DNA from: Camelus ferus
Taxonomy: Eukaryota
Direction: 5' to 3'
Length of the DNA: 64,000 bases
NCBI RefSeq assembly: GCF_009834535.1
Contig: NC_045697.1
Span: forward strand, 47,804,001 to 47,868,000
Shown here: positions 25,301-38,102 of the stretch, in pieces
Numbering within the stretch: position 1 is the stretch's first letter
Layout of the letters: each line of letters opens with the position of its first letter
Program-made: the position numbers and the translations under genes
Notes under the pieces: generated by a model
Told to the model about the DNA's origin: nothing
Databases searched by the model: none
Seen by the model: only the letters and a program-made list of their open reading frames with translations

Positions 25301-26096
25301 GGTCTGAACTGCCCCCTTTGTTGTAGCTGAAGAAGGACCACACCCCATCTCCCACACAGACACACTCAAACTTGAGGATGCTGACAGCATGTCAAGTTCC
25401 ACTCACTGCTGCCTCATGAGAAAAGTTTCATTACTAACTCTCATCTCTTGCCCTCCACCATGGACTGAGAGACCCCAACAGGCTGACTTACACATGCACT
25501 GATATGGGAAAGTGAAGAAGGATCTCAGATTATTTATGGGGCTTGGTAGCTTGAAGGAGGAATAACAGGGCTGAAAAAAAATCAAAACAAAACAAAACCA
25601 GGACAGATGTCTCCCATGAGGAAACTAAAATAGAGAGAAAAAACAATTTAAGAAAAAAATATTACACAACATTTTTCTACCAATAGAAAAACATTGGTAA
25701 ATGAAGAATCATAAAACCAAAAATATTTATTTGAAAAAGACTTTTTTTTTAAACTATAATACTTGAATTTTAAAATTCATTAGAGAAACACCAGAATAGA
25801 TACTTCTGGAAATAAAAAGTATGAAAGATCAAAGAGAGGAACTATAACACAACAAAGCCCCCAAATATAAAGGTTGGAAGTTTTTAATAAAAAGATATGA
25901 AAGACAGATCCTGAAGAGTCGAAACAAAACAATGCACATTCCAAGAGGTAAACAGAGAACATACAAAGGAGAAGTTTAAAAAGAGAACAGAAGAGTTTAC
26001 TTTTTAGATTAAATGTGCCAAGCATAATTAATTTTTAATGACACATTTTTGACTAAATCTGATTAAACTATGAATGCCCAAGATAGTTTCAGACAT

Positions 26097-26098
<2 letters not shown>

Positions 26099-26153
<55 letters not shown>
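26099..26153. repeat. (AC)27 microsatellite
   Basis: Read directly. Confidence 0.97.
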
Positions 26154-26154
<1 letters not shown>

Positions 26155-26273
26155 GTTAACTTAGGGAAGAACACCACAATGGATTTCTCACCTGCAACTC
26201 TGGAAGAAAGGGAAAAATATTTTCAGGCTTTCCAGAGAAAAGAGGTAAGACTCAAGAATTCTTTATCAGCCTA

Positions 26274-28600
26274 AACCAAAGGCGGGAACATATAGAGGGA
26301 ACATATCTCAACATAATAAAGGCTATTTATGACAAACCTATAGCAAGTATAATACTCAACAGTGAAAAGTTGAAAGCGTTCCCACTAAAATCTGGAACAA
26401 GACAATGATGCCCACTCTCAACACTTCTATTCAACATAGTATTGGAAGTCCTAGCCATAGCAATTAAACAAGAAAAAGAAATAAAAGGGATCCAAATTGG
26501 AAGAGAAGAGGTAAAATTGTCATTATATGCGTATGATGTGATATGATATATAGAAAACCCCAAAGGCTCCACACAAAAACTACTAGAGCTGATAAAAGAA
26601 TTCAGCAAGGTAGCAGGATATAAGATTAACATACAGAAATCAGCGGCATTTCTTTACACTAACAATGAAATATCAGAAAAGTAAAGAAATAATCCCTTTT
26701 AAAATTGCATCCAAAAAAATAAAATACTTAGGACTAAATCTGACCAAGGAAGTGAAAGACTTATACACAGAGAACTACAAAACACTGACTAAGGAAATTA
26801 AAGATTACTTAAAGAAATGGAAAAATATCCCATGTTCTTGGATTGTAAGAATTAATATTGTTAAAATGGCTGTACTACCCAAAGCAATCTATAGATTTAA
26901 TACAATTCCTATCAAATTATCCATGACATTATTCACAGAACTAGAACAAATAATCCTAAGATTTATATAGAATCACAGAAAACCCAGAATTGCCAAAGCA
27001 ATACTGAAGAAAAGAACGAAGCTGGAGGAAAAACCCTCTCAGACTTCAGACAATATTACAGAGCTACAGTAATCAAAATGGCATGGTATTAGGACAAAAA
27101 CAGACATATGGATTAATGGAACAGAATAGAGAGCCCAGAAATAAACCCACAGACTTTGGTCAATTAATCTTTGACAAAGAAGGCAAGAAAATACAATGGA
27201 GTAAAGATAGTTTCTTCAGCAAATGGCGTTGGGAAAACTGAACAGCTGCATATAAATCAATGAAGTTAGAATACTCCCTCACACCATACACAAAAATAAA
27301 CTCAAAATGGCTTAAAGACTTAAATATAAGACAAGACACTATAAACCTCTTTGAAGAAAACATAGGCAAAACATTATCTGACATAAATCTCAGCAACATT
27401 TTCCTAGGGCAGTCTACTCAGGCAACTGAAATAAAAGCAAAAACAAACAAATGGGACCTAATTAAATTCATAAGCTTTTGAATACCAAAGGTAACCATAA
27501 GCAAAACAAAGACAAACCTGTGGGATGGGAGAAAATATCTGCAAAAGATAAGACTGCCAAAGGTTTAATTTCCAGAATATATAAACAGCTCATACAACTT
27601 AATAACAGCAACAACAAAAAAACCCCAAACAACCCAATCCAAAAATGGGCAGAAGACCTAAACAAGCAATTTTCCAATGAAGGCATACAAATGACCAGTA
27701 GGCACATGAAAAAAAATGCTCAATATCGCTAATTATCAGAGGAATACAAATCAAAACTATAATGAAGTATCACCTCACACCAGTCAGAATGGCCATCTTC
27801 AAAAGTCCAACAATGATAAATGATGGAGAGGGTGTGGAGAAAAGGGAACCTTCCTACACTGCTGGTGGGAATGTAGTTTGGTACAGATATTAGGGAAAAC
27901 AGTATAGAGATTCCTCAAAAAACTAAATATAGACTTACCATATGATCCAGCAATCCCACTCCTGGGCATATATCTGGAGGGAACTTTAATTTGGAAAGAT
28001 ACATGTACCCCAATGTTCATAGTAGCTCTATATTCAATAGCCAAGACATGGTAACAACCTAAATGTCCACCTACAGATGACTGGATAAAGAAGTTGTGGT
28101 ATATTTATAAAACGGAAAACTACTCAGCCATAAAAAATAATAAAATAATGCCATTTGCAGCAACATGGATGGAACTGGAGATTGTCATTCTAGAGGAAAG
28201 TGAAGTAAGCCAGAAAGAGAAAGAAAAATACCATATGATATCACTTATATGTGGAATCTAAAAAAAAAAAAAAATGAACTTTTTACAAAACAGAAACAGA
28301 CTCACAATCACAGACATAGAAAACAAATTTATGGTTACCAGGGAAGAAAGGAGGTGGGAAGGGATAAATTGGGAGTTTGAGATTTGTAATACTAACTACT
28401 ATATATAAAATAGATAAATAAGTTCATACTGTGTAGCACAGGAACCATATTCAATATCTTGTAGTAACCTATGGTGAAAAACAATATGAAAACTAATATA
28501 TGTATGTATATGTCTGACTGAACTATTATGCTGTACACCAGAAACTGACACAACATTGTAAATGACTACACTTCAATTTTTTTAAAAATTATTTAAAAAA
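26274..28600 (+). mobile_element. 5'-truncated L1 (~2.3 kb; broken ORF2 RT to C-terminus, 3' UTR)
   Basis: ORF fragments [22 protein letters not shown]...[25 protein letters not shown] and LTPYTKINSKWLKDLNIR; RT catalytic motif decayed (LYAYDVI* near 26520-26550); TSD aagaattcttt(at/gc)cagccta at 26254-26273 and 28601-28620 (18/20). Confidence 0.95.
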
Positions 28601-29350
28601 AAGAATTCTTTGCCAGCCTAGATATCATCTCCATGAAAGAGTAAGAGAATAAATTTTATATAATCTCAGAATATACTACCTATGAATCCTTCTTAGGCAA
28701 CAAATAAGCAAAGAGAAAATTAATTCAGGACAAATAATCTCAAGTTAGTAAAAGACTGAGTGTACAAGAAACAATGGTGAGCAAAAAAAATCCTAGTTTT
28801 TAAAAACTGAAAAAAGGTATTAAATTAAAACTTAATGATGACAGTGCAATTTTAAAGTAGAAAATGGATGTTGAATAAGGGTCATAAAAAGTAAAAAGGT
28901 ATAATTCAAGGGAAAGTAAACACTAGTTTAGAGCTAAAATGCCAAAAATACCTAGAAATTAGATTTAAGGAAAAAGAAGTTTTGAAATAAAAATTTATTA
29001 GAAGAAGGGGTGGGGAGTGAGAAGAGGAAGTAGGGAAATACAGTGGTGAAGACCATTGATCTATTTTAGTTTTGGAATGTTAAATTAGAGACCCAGAGCA
29101 GAATTTCGAAATTATTTTGGGGAGTGAGAGGCAGGAGGGGTAAGACAGTAGATGTAGGGAGAACAGAACAGAATCAGATTTTCTTGACCAAAAAGAGTGA
29201 AGGATGTATTTGCTTTTCAAACACACAAAGAACAGTTATAATCATTGTCCACATATTGTCATAAATAAAATCCTAAAAAATTCAAGAAAAAAATACTAAC
29301 ATATTCTCTAACAACCACAATAAAAGTAGGCATTGACAAGAAAAGAATAA

Positions 29351-29561
29351 TTTTTCATTATAGGTTACTACAAGATATTGAATATAGTTCCCTGTGCCAT
29401 ACATTATAAGGTTGTTGTTTATCTATTTTATATATAGCAATCAGAATATGAAAATAAATATATGTATATATATGTATGAGTGAAACATTATGCTGTACAC
29501 CAGAAACTGATGCAACATTGTAAACTGACTATATGCTTCAATAAAAAAAGAATGCAAAAAA
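29351..29561 (+). mobile_element. Short L1 3' end with 5' inversion
   Basis: 29351-~29440 is the reverse complement of L1 3'UTR; ~29444-29561 is forward 3'UTR plus A-tail; TSD aaaagaataa at 29341-29350 and 29562-29571. Confidence 0.85.
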
Positions 29562-30009
29562 AAAAGAATAACTTTTATTTTAAATATGTGCACTGAGAGA
29601 TTTAGAAGCACTCCTTTAAATAACTCTTGGTTTAAAGAAGGTATCAAAACCAAAGTTACAAACTATAGAAAAATTAATGACAAGGAAAATTGCTTATCAA
29701 AGCTTATGTGATAGAGTTTAATATGATATGATATCCAAAACAAGAAATGAAGAATAGTTACAGCTTAAAGGAATTTATTAAAAGAAATAAAGATCGAAAA
29801 CTAAAAAAGCCAACGTTTTAACTCAAGAATCAAGAAAAAATGAAGTCCAGAGAAATTCAAGAAATGTATTAATAAATACAAAAACATAAGTTAAATACAA
29901 AACAAAGTACATACCAATAAAAACAAAAGCATAGTTTTTTTGGAAAAAAAACTAATAGAATAGCAAAATCTTGCAATTTAGAGAAAAATAGAGATGACAA
30001 GTATAACTG

Positions 30010-30590
30010 CCTTCTCCAAGACATTAAGAAGTTCATTGATGAAGTGAGCCCTGGTATCCTTGAAGGGCCTTGTGGTGACTATTCTTTGCAAGCCAGTATG
30101 AGAAAAGCTGTCATCTAACTGGACTCTATAAATTCAGTGAGGATGATGGGATGCTAGGGTGGCAGGGAGCAAGTTACAGCACTTAATCCTCAAAGACAAG
30201 GCTGCTATGGTTACTAGAATGAAAGCAGAACCAAAGTAATCATGAGGATGTTTAGACTTGCTTAGAGCTTTTCGTGTTGGCTCTCTGATCACAGTGTCCT
30301 TAGGGCTGAGATAGATAAGCAGTGAACTAAAGTCTTTCTTGATTTATGTAAGTGAGAGAGCTCTAACTTAAACCACTACAACAGGAATTGTGGATCCTCA
30401 ACCAATTTCCAGGCTCAAAGCCCCCTGAATGAAGGGGAGGCTAGTGTTCTCTTGAGGAAATATGTTGCTAACCAGCCGAAAACGTATATGGCAAATCTTC
30501 CTTCTAGACCCGAAAATAAACTTGCTGTCATTTAGCAGGCAGACTGCATAGGAGAAGGAAAATAATCAGAATTTGAGGATTTATGGACAT
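30010..30590 (+). mobile_element. ERV-L internal fragment (gag C-terminus to protease start)
   Basis: ggtggcagggagcaagttacagcacttaatcctcaaagacaagg and ggaaaataatcagaatttgaggatttatggacat resemble recalled ERV-L gag/pro sequence. Confidence 0.7.
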
Positions 30591-30870
30591 CCTGATCTAG
30601 CACCGTTAGGCTCTATTTCCATAATTATTTATCTGATTTATATTGTGACTATTTTGGTGCATATGGTGTCTCCTCATGGGTCTTTGTACCTCACCCTTTG
30701 GGGTGTCAGGAGTCTTGAGTCTGGTTGTAGGTCTAGCAACAATGGGAGGTAGTAGGGGGAGGTCCTAAAGGAGACCAACATTCTCCTGCAAACTAATTCA
30801 TAGAAGGGCATTTCAGACTCTCAGGCAAAGGAAAACTAACTACTTCAGTCAGGGGAGATGTTATTCCATC
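30591..30870 (-). mobile_element. ERV-L gag fragment in the opposite orientation
   Basis: Minus strand ctagacctacaaccagactcaag...ggtgaggtacaaagacccatgaggag...gtgctagatcagg (RP-TRLK...GEVQ...HEE...VLDQG-like). Confidence 0.65.
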
Positions 30871-31057
30871 ACATCCCACCATCTCCAAAAGTCTTCATCC
30901 ATTACAGGTGCAAAATCTTATCTATGTACCATCAACTCAAAAGTCCCAAATCTTACCACTTAAGTTCAAATATGAGTGGGATTCTGGATATAATCCAGTC
31001 TAGGGCAAAATTCTCCTCCATTCATGGACTTGTGAAACTAGAAAACTACTTATATGC

Positions 31058-31417
31058 TGTTATGGTTTGAATGTGTCCTCCAAAATTCATATGTTAATCC
31101 TAACCCCCAAGGTGATGGTAAGAGAAAATGGGGCTTTGGAGTGGTGATTAGATCATGAGGGTGGAGCCCTCAGGAATGAGATTAGTGACCTTATAAAAGA
31201 GGTCCAAGAAAGCTCCCTTGCCCCCTTCTACCATGTGATAACACAGCCAGAAATTGCTGTCAATGAACCAGGAAGTGTGCTCTCCTCTGATACCAAACCT
31301 GCCAGCATCTTGATCTTGGAATTCCCAGACTCCAGGACTGTGAGCAATAAATTTCTGTTGTTTACAAGCCACTCAGCCTACAGAATTTTATTATAGCAAC
31401 CCTAACAGACTAAGATA
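31058..31417 (+). mobile_element. MLT1A-like solo LTR with a perfect 5-bp TSD
   Basis: tgttatggtttgaatgtgtcc...ttgatcttggaattcccagactccaggactgtgagcaataaa...gactaagata; TSD tatgc at 31053-31057 and 31418-31422. Confidence 0.9.
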
Positions 31418-31611
31418 TATGCTCGCAAAACATGATATTTGAAAATGCATAGGATAACAGTTATAGACATTCCCATTTCTAAAGGGAAGAAGAAAAAGTC
31501 ATTTGTCCCAAGCAATTCCAAAATCCAACTGGTCAACCTTCATTAGGTTTAAAAGCTCAGGAATAAACCTCTGTAGCTCAGGCCTCTGACCTCTGGACTC
31601 AAAGTCATCCT

Positions 31612-31723
31612 ATATATACATAACTGAATCACTGTGCTGTACACCAGAAATTAACACAACATTGTAAATTGACTATACTTCAATAAAAAATAAGTATGTA
31701 CAAAAATTACATAAATAAAAAAA
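31612..31723 (+). mobile_element. Very short L1 3' end
   Basis: taactgaatcactgtgctgtacaccagaaattaacacaacattgtaaa plus A-tail; TSD aaagtcatcct at 31601-31611 and 31724-31734. Confidence 0.9.
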
Positions 31724-32746
31724 AAAGTCATCCTTTTTCTTGAAGGGTAGGACATATTCCCAGATGAGTAGTTTTATCATATCTCCTGCCTGTAGAATTT
31801 TGGGGAACCAACAGCCTTCTTCCATTTCATCCTGTCTCTCATCCTTTTTAGTCCAAGCTGTCAGTTTTTCTGCTGACACCACATTCTCAAAACCATGTGA
31901 GTCTCCTGGGAATGTATGCCATTAAACAAAAGGCTCCCTCACAGATATTTCCTAGATAATTACATCTTTTTCTGAGTTCTGCTGAGATGGCTGTGGAGAT
32001 CCATAAGTCTTATGCTTAATCTCTTCAGACTCCCTCTGCATGAATGAATATAGTGATCTTTTGATTCTTCCAAAGCACTAGCAAAAGATGTCCAGTCGCA
32101 CTCTTGGCTTTCTATTTGGAGCATACTTTTCCTGCAGTGAATCTCCAAATTTTAGCATTTTTTTGCAATCTAGATAGGCCTGAGAATTTTCTAAATCATA
32201 AAGTCCTGTTTTCTTTATGCTTAACAATTCTTCCATTAATTTATCTCTTTCTTCTCTCATTTTACTATAATCAGCAAGAAGAAAACAGGCTGCACCTTCA
32301 ATACTTTGCTTGGAAATCTTCTCACTTAATATCCAAGTTCATTTCTTACACGTATTGTTTTCCATACAACTGTGGGACACAATTCAGCCAAACTTCTGCC
32401 GCTCTATAACAAAGACCCTCTTTCCTCCAGTTTCCAAAAAAGTGTTCCCCGTTCTTTTCTAAGCCTTCACCAACAGAGCCTTTAATGTTCATATTTTTAC
32501 TAGTCAGTTTATGACAATTTGGATATTCTTTAAGACAATATAGGCTTTCTCCACCATGCTCCTCACTTCCTCTGAGCCCTCAATGGCAGTCATTAATATC
32601 CGTTATTTCTACCAATAGTTTGTTCAAAGTAATCTATGCTTTTTCTATCATACTTATCAAAATTCTTCCAGCCTCTATTCATCACCCAGTTCCAAAGCAA
32701 CTTTCACATTTCTAGGTATCTGTTACCCATTCCTGGTACCAAAATC

Positions 32747-33250
32747 CGTATTGGTTTCCTATGGCTGCTATAACAAATTACCACTACATGGTGGCTTATA
32801 GCCACACATACTTTTAAAGTTATGGCGGTCAGAACTGATATCCACTGCACTGTGCCAAAATCAGAGTCTGCGGGGCCATGCTCACTCTGGAGGCTCAAGT
32901 GGTGACTCTGCTTCCATTTCTTTTCTGGCACCTAGAGCTGCATTCCTTGCATTCTTTGGCTCATGGCTCACGGCTTCAAAGTCAGCTGTGTAACATCTTC
33001 CTTCAGTCATCACATTGTCTCCTGTCTCTGTAATCAAATCTCCCTCTGCTTTCTCTCCTTTAAGGAAATTTGGGATTACCTTTAGATCCCATCTGGATAA
33101 TCCAAGATAATCACCCTATCTCAAATCCTTAATTTAATCCCATCTGGAAAGGCCCTGTTGCCATATAAGGTAACTCTCACAGGTTAACTTTCACAGGTTC
33201 CCAGGATTAGAATGTTGATATCTTTGGGGGCCATTATTCAGCTTACCACA
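32747..33250 (-). mobile_element. MLT1C/D-like LTR (5' LTR of the MaLR element)
   Basis: gtattggtttcctatggctgctataacaaattaccac...ggataatccaagataatc...ggggccattattcagcttaccaca. Confidence 0.85.
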
Positions 33251-33254
33251 TCTG

Positions 33255-33985
33255 GTACTTTCTTTTTTTATTTGATACTAAACATTATGAATATTACTTT
33301 GTTGGGTGCTGGATAGTCTTGTGTTTGAATACAATTTTGTTACCTGGAAACAGTTTGATTTTTTCAAGGCTTGCTTTTAAACTTTGTAAGGTGAGATCAA
33401 AACAATCTTTAGCCAATGTCCAATTTGGCTATGATAACTTTCTGAATTCTCTGCTCAGTGCCCTGTGAATTATAAGGTTTTCCCTCTGGCTAATGAGAAT
33501 ATGATGTATTTCTGGCCTTGGGTGAGCACAGGGACTGTTCCCTCTGCTTCTGGGGGATAGAATTCTATCTCCAGCCTCAGGTACGTTCCTCACACACATG
33601 AGATTATCAGTACTCAGCAGAGGAAGGACTAAAACAGATCTCCAGAACTCTCTTGACAGCTGTCTCCTTTGTACTCTGCCCTAGGACCTCTAGCTGCTTG
33701 TCCTCCCAAGATTCTCAACTTTTTCTCCTCAACTCAGGAAGACTGATAGGCTCTGCTAGGTCCCCTCCCTCTGTGCCATGGCCTGAAAACATTCTCCAGG
33801 AAGTAAAATGGGCAATCACAGAGCTCACTTCATGTTTCTCATATAAATGACCACTGTTTTGCACTGCTTGATGTCCAATGTCTGAAAACTGTTGTCTCAT
33901 GTATTTTATTCAGTTTTCTAGTTATTTCAGGCATGAGGTAATTCAAGTTCTTGTTACTCTATCTTTGCCAAAAGCACAAGTTCTC
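33255..33985 (-). mobile_element. Old L1 (L1ME-type) 5' region
   Basis: Homologous to 45000-45800 (tgtccaatgtctgaaaactgttgtctcatgtatttt vs tgtgcaatgcctaacaactgtttcatgtatttt). Confidence 0.6.
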
Positions 33986-35975
33986 AAAATTTATATGAAA
34001 ATATAAAGGCACTAGAAGAGAAAAAAATTTTTTTAAAGAACTTATTTTAAGAACCTATTTAAGAATATATTTTAAATCACTTGGGTTCAATTAGAAAAAG
34101 TGAACAACTAATATATCCAACATGTGAGTAAATCTCAATACAATAAAGCTACAGTAATCAAAATAGTATGGTATTTGTGGTGGTGAAATTGACAGAGCTA
34201 AGGGATGCCCAGAAAGCTGTTAAAGTATAATTTCTGGGTGTGTCTGTAAGAGTGTTTTCAGAAGAGATTAGCACATGAATTGGTAGACTGCGTTGATCCT
34301 AACTAATGCAGGTGGACATCATCCAATCCCTTGAGGGCTTGAATAGAATGAAAAGACAGAGGGAGAGCAAATTTGCTCTCTTTGCTTATCTAGGACTTTC
34401 ATCGTCTCCTGCCCTCAGACATTGGCTCCAGTTCTCTGGCCTTTGGACTTGGACTGGGACTTATACCATTGACTCCCCTGGTTCTTACGGCTTTGGACTC
34501 AGACTGAAATACACAAGCAGATTTCCTGGTTCTCCAGTTTACAGATGGCAGATGGTAGGCTTCCATAACTACTGTGTGAGCCAATTCCTATAATAAATCT
34601 CTATCTCTATATCTCTCTTTCCATGTAATAGATATATACTATTGATTCGTTTTCTCTGGAGAATCCTAATACAGTACTTATATAAGGGCAGATGTATAAA
34701 TTACTGGAACAGTATAAAGAGTTCAGAAAGAGACCTTATACATACATGGTCAATTGTAGGATTTTTTTTATAAAGAAGAAGAAACAGTCTTTCAAGCAGA
34801 TGATGCTAGAATAATTGGACATCCACAGGCAAAACATAATGAACGTGGACCTTTACCTCTATAATTACACAGAAGTTAACTTGAATTATAGACACAAACT
34901 TAAAAGTTAATATTATAAAATTTCTAGAAGAAGCCATAGGAGAAAAATTTTGTGTTACTGGGTTAGGTAAAGATTTTTTAGATAGATCAGAAAATAATTG
35001 CTTTTCTTTTTTTTTTATATTGATAAATGACATCATCAAATTTAAATTTCTGCCTCTCGAAAGACCTGTTTAAGAAAATAAAAAGGCAGACTGGGAGAAA
35101 ATGCTTGTAAACACATATCTGATTAATAAATGTTATCCATAATATATAAAGAAATCTTATAACTCAATAATAAGAAATACACATCCCAATAAAAAGAGGG
35201 CAAAAGATTTGAATAAACAAATCACCAAAATGATATAAGGATGTCAAATAAATACATTAGAATACAGTCAACATAAAAAATGTTTTATTCTACATTAAAT
35301 GTTACTGTCAAACATTTCCCCAAAATATGCTCAACATTTTTTGTCATTAGGGAAATACAAAACGAATCATAATGAAATACCACTACACACTTACTAGAAA
35401 GACTAAAATTAAAGTCTGAAAATACCAAGTGCTTACGAGAACATAGACTCACTGGAGCCTACACATGTATTGCTTGTGGGAATGTAGAATGTTTCTGTGA
35501 CTCTGGAAGTGTTTCATAGTTTCTGTGAAAGCTAAATATACTCTTAATGAATGACCCACCAATCCCACTCCCTAGTTTTCTAAGAGAATTAAAAATACAT
35601 CCACACAAAACTTATACACAAATGTGGTACATGCACAAATGGAATACTACTCAACAATAAAAAAGAATAAATTATTGATATATCCAAATAAATCTCAAAC
35701 TCATTATGCTAAAAGAAAGAGTCCAGACACAAAATGCTACATCCTGTGTGAGCCCATTTATATGATATTATGGAAAAGCAAATCTACAGAGACAGAAGTC
35801 AGGTCAAGAGCTAGGACTGGGATAAAGGGACTGACTGCAAAGGAATGTGACAGAATTTGCTTGGATGATGTAATATCTGTATCTTTATCTGTCAAAACTC
35901 ATTGAGATATACTTTAAAAGTGTGAATTTTACTAAATGTAAATTCTACCTCAATTAAACTGCTTAAAAATTAAGT
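33985..35975 (+). mobile_element. Old L1 (L1MC/MD-like) ORF2 3' half and 3' UTR, interrupted by an MLT2 LTR
   Basis: aaagctacagtaatcaaaatagtatggta, gactgggagaaaatgcttgtaaacacatatctga, atggaatactactcaacaataaaaaagaa. Confidence 0.75.
34176..34673 (+). mobile_element. MLT2 (ERV-L) solo LTR
   Basis: ctaagggatgcccaga...tctgggtgtgtctgtaagagtgttttcagaagagattagca...tgtgagccaattcctataataaatctc...ctctggagaatcctaataca; TSD gtatt/gtact. Confidence 0.9.
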
Positions 35976-37157
35976 CTACTCATAGAAAACTACATATATA
36001 CTATGACCCTGTTTCTGTGAAGAAAAATTTTCAATGTTTAAGTGTCCATGTATTTAATATATATATAAATAAACACATAGGGAAAAACCTAGAAAATATG
36101 TACTATGTTTTCTTAGTACCTGAGGCTGGAAATGGAAGTGAGATTGAGGGCTATCACAGACTGGGTTCTCTGGAAGCAGAACCTGATACAGATTTGGCAA
36201 GTACTTGTATGAGAAGGGGAAGAAGCAAGACTATGCAAAGAAAGAAGATGAAATGCAATGCAGTGCCAACCTAGTCTCACCCAACCCCATGGAAAGTTTG
36301 GAGCATTTACAGCTGTTCAGAGGTGTCCCATGCTGGGCAGAAATGGCTGGGATTTTTAGTCTCCTAGCAGGTCAGTGAGAATGACAGTAAATGAGATCAC
36401 TCCTGTTTCCACTCTTTTATCTTTAGAACCATGATTTCTTTCTATTGGGGTCACAAACGATGATGCCCTATCCTCATAGAGTACCACCTCCAAGCTGATG
36501 CTTAAACTGCACCTTCAGTATCCCAGACCAACACCACTAGGCAGAAGTTTCTACATGGTGCCATCTCTGATGCAATCAATCAATCTCATGGTCTGGGACC
36601 TACTCCCACACCTTTCTTTCTGACAAGTGGGTCCTCTGGTCTGATGTAATGTTATCCTTTTGAGATCCAATCTTGAAGAATCAAATGCTTCATAAGCCCC
36701 ATCTAGTCATGCTAGCTGAAGCTGGTTGGCAGGGAAGTCAAGCCCATGCCCAAATCACTTGGCATTTCCTGTTAGAACAAATTTCTAGCAATTCCAGGAT
36801 AGAAAGCTCAATGTAGTCAACTAGACACCAAATGGTTGGCTGGTGTCCTTGAAGAATAGTGTCGTACAGAGGGCTCAGTGTTGGTCTCTCTGGCCGGCAG
36901 TTTGGACATGCAGTGGCAGCAGTAGCCAACTAATTCTTGGTAAATGGGAGCCCCTAGAACCATGCATAGCTTTCACCTCTCCCACCATGACCACTCCACT
37001 CATGTCTCCATGTGCAAGCACTCAGGTGTCCGATGACCAAGACTAGCTAATACCAAATGGCCAGGTAATTTTGTCTGTGTGGTTTTGCCATGCCTCTTCT
37101 ATGACAGATGCTTTCTGATGGGTGTTTACATGTCACACAAAGACCTTCACATATTAA

Positions 37158-37407
37158 TTTTTTAAATTTTAATTATTCTTCAGCTTGTGGATTGCCCACC
37201 CGGGATGTATTGGGCCCAATTATACTGTAAGCACACCTCTCCTACCATCCCGCTGTGGTTCCCTCTTTACGTTTCCAGTTGAAGAAGATCTTTTTTCTAG
37301 ATTCCAGTCTTTTTTTCCAATGATTGTTCAGCAGTCAGTCATGGTTTTGTTGTAGTCACGAGGAGAGGAAAGCTTATAGTACTACTACTCCACCATCTTG
37401 ACTGGAA
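37158..37407 (-). mobile_element. L1 5'UTR-only insertion with an A-rich tail
   Basis: Minus strand starts ttccagtcaagatggtggagtag (YY1-like L1 5' terminus), continues aaaagactggaatctag...gggtgggcaatccacaagctgaagaataatt, then aaaatttaaaaaa. Confidence 0.65.
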
Positions 37408-37681
37408 AATTTATTGTTGCCCATTCCATGTTGAGTGTTTGGGTTTTTTTTCCTGATTGGAATAGAAAAGAATGCATTTGCCAACTCAGGACCACATGCC
37501 ATTTACCTGAGGCCATGTTAATCTGCTAGCAAATTTACATTTACAGAGCAGCTACAAATGGGGCTACAACTTGGGTGAGTTTGCAGTATTCTAATGGGTT
37601 CCACTAGAACTCATCTGGCTCCTTTAGTGGACAGACTTGTAAATTAAATGGATGAGTATTTAGTGTATATACTCTATAGCT

Positions 37682-38102
37682 TGTATATCTCCTATTGCTT
37701 CTGTAAAAAATTATCCACACTTCACAGTTTAAACAACCAAAATTTATTACCTTACAGCTCTGGAGGTCAGTCTAAAATGGGTCTCACTGGGCTAAAATCA
37801 AGGTTAGCGTTCCTTCTGGAATCTACTGACTTGCCTTTTCCAGCTTCTAAAGGCTGCCCATATTCCCCTGGCTGGTGGTCCCCATCCATCTTCAAAGTTA
37901 GCAATAGCTGGTCAAGTCTTTCTCACGTTGCATCACTCTGACACCCTGTCTCTTCTCTCTCTTCCACACTTAAAGTAAACTGATTAGTAATCTTAATTCC
38001 ATCTGCAGTTTTAATTCTCCCTGACATGTAACATAACAGCCACAGGGTTCCAGAGATCAAGACCTGGACATCTTTGCAGGGATGATTATCATTCCCACAA
38101 CA
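37682..38102 (-). mobile_element. MLT1D-like LTR inserted in the ERV-L
   Basis: cttacagctctggaggtcagtctaaaatgggtctcactgggctaaaatcaagg...cttgccttttccagcttctaaaggctgccca. Confidence 0.85.

Larger units (their letters stand above)
24440..30000 (+). mobile_element. Highly decayed old L1 (L1ME/HAL1-like 5'UTR, ORF1, ORF2 start) hosting younger insertions
   Basis: A-rich ORF1-like remnants (gatttctcacctgcaactctggaag; caagaattcttta) and ORF2-like ctcctttaaataactcttggtttaaagaag...cttatcaaagcttatgtgata. Confidence 0.55.
30870..32746 (-). mobile_element. MaLR (MLT1) internal region
   Basis: Directly follows the LTR at 32747-33250 via gattttggtaccaggaatggg; ORF remnant MREERDKLMEELLSIKKTGLYDLENSQ resembles MaLR internal ORF. 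Confidence 0.7.

Noticed and set aside
26274..28600. Active or domesticated reverse transcriptase
   Set aside because: 5'-truncated, catalytic motif mutated, multiple stops and frameshifts.
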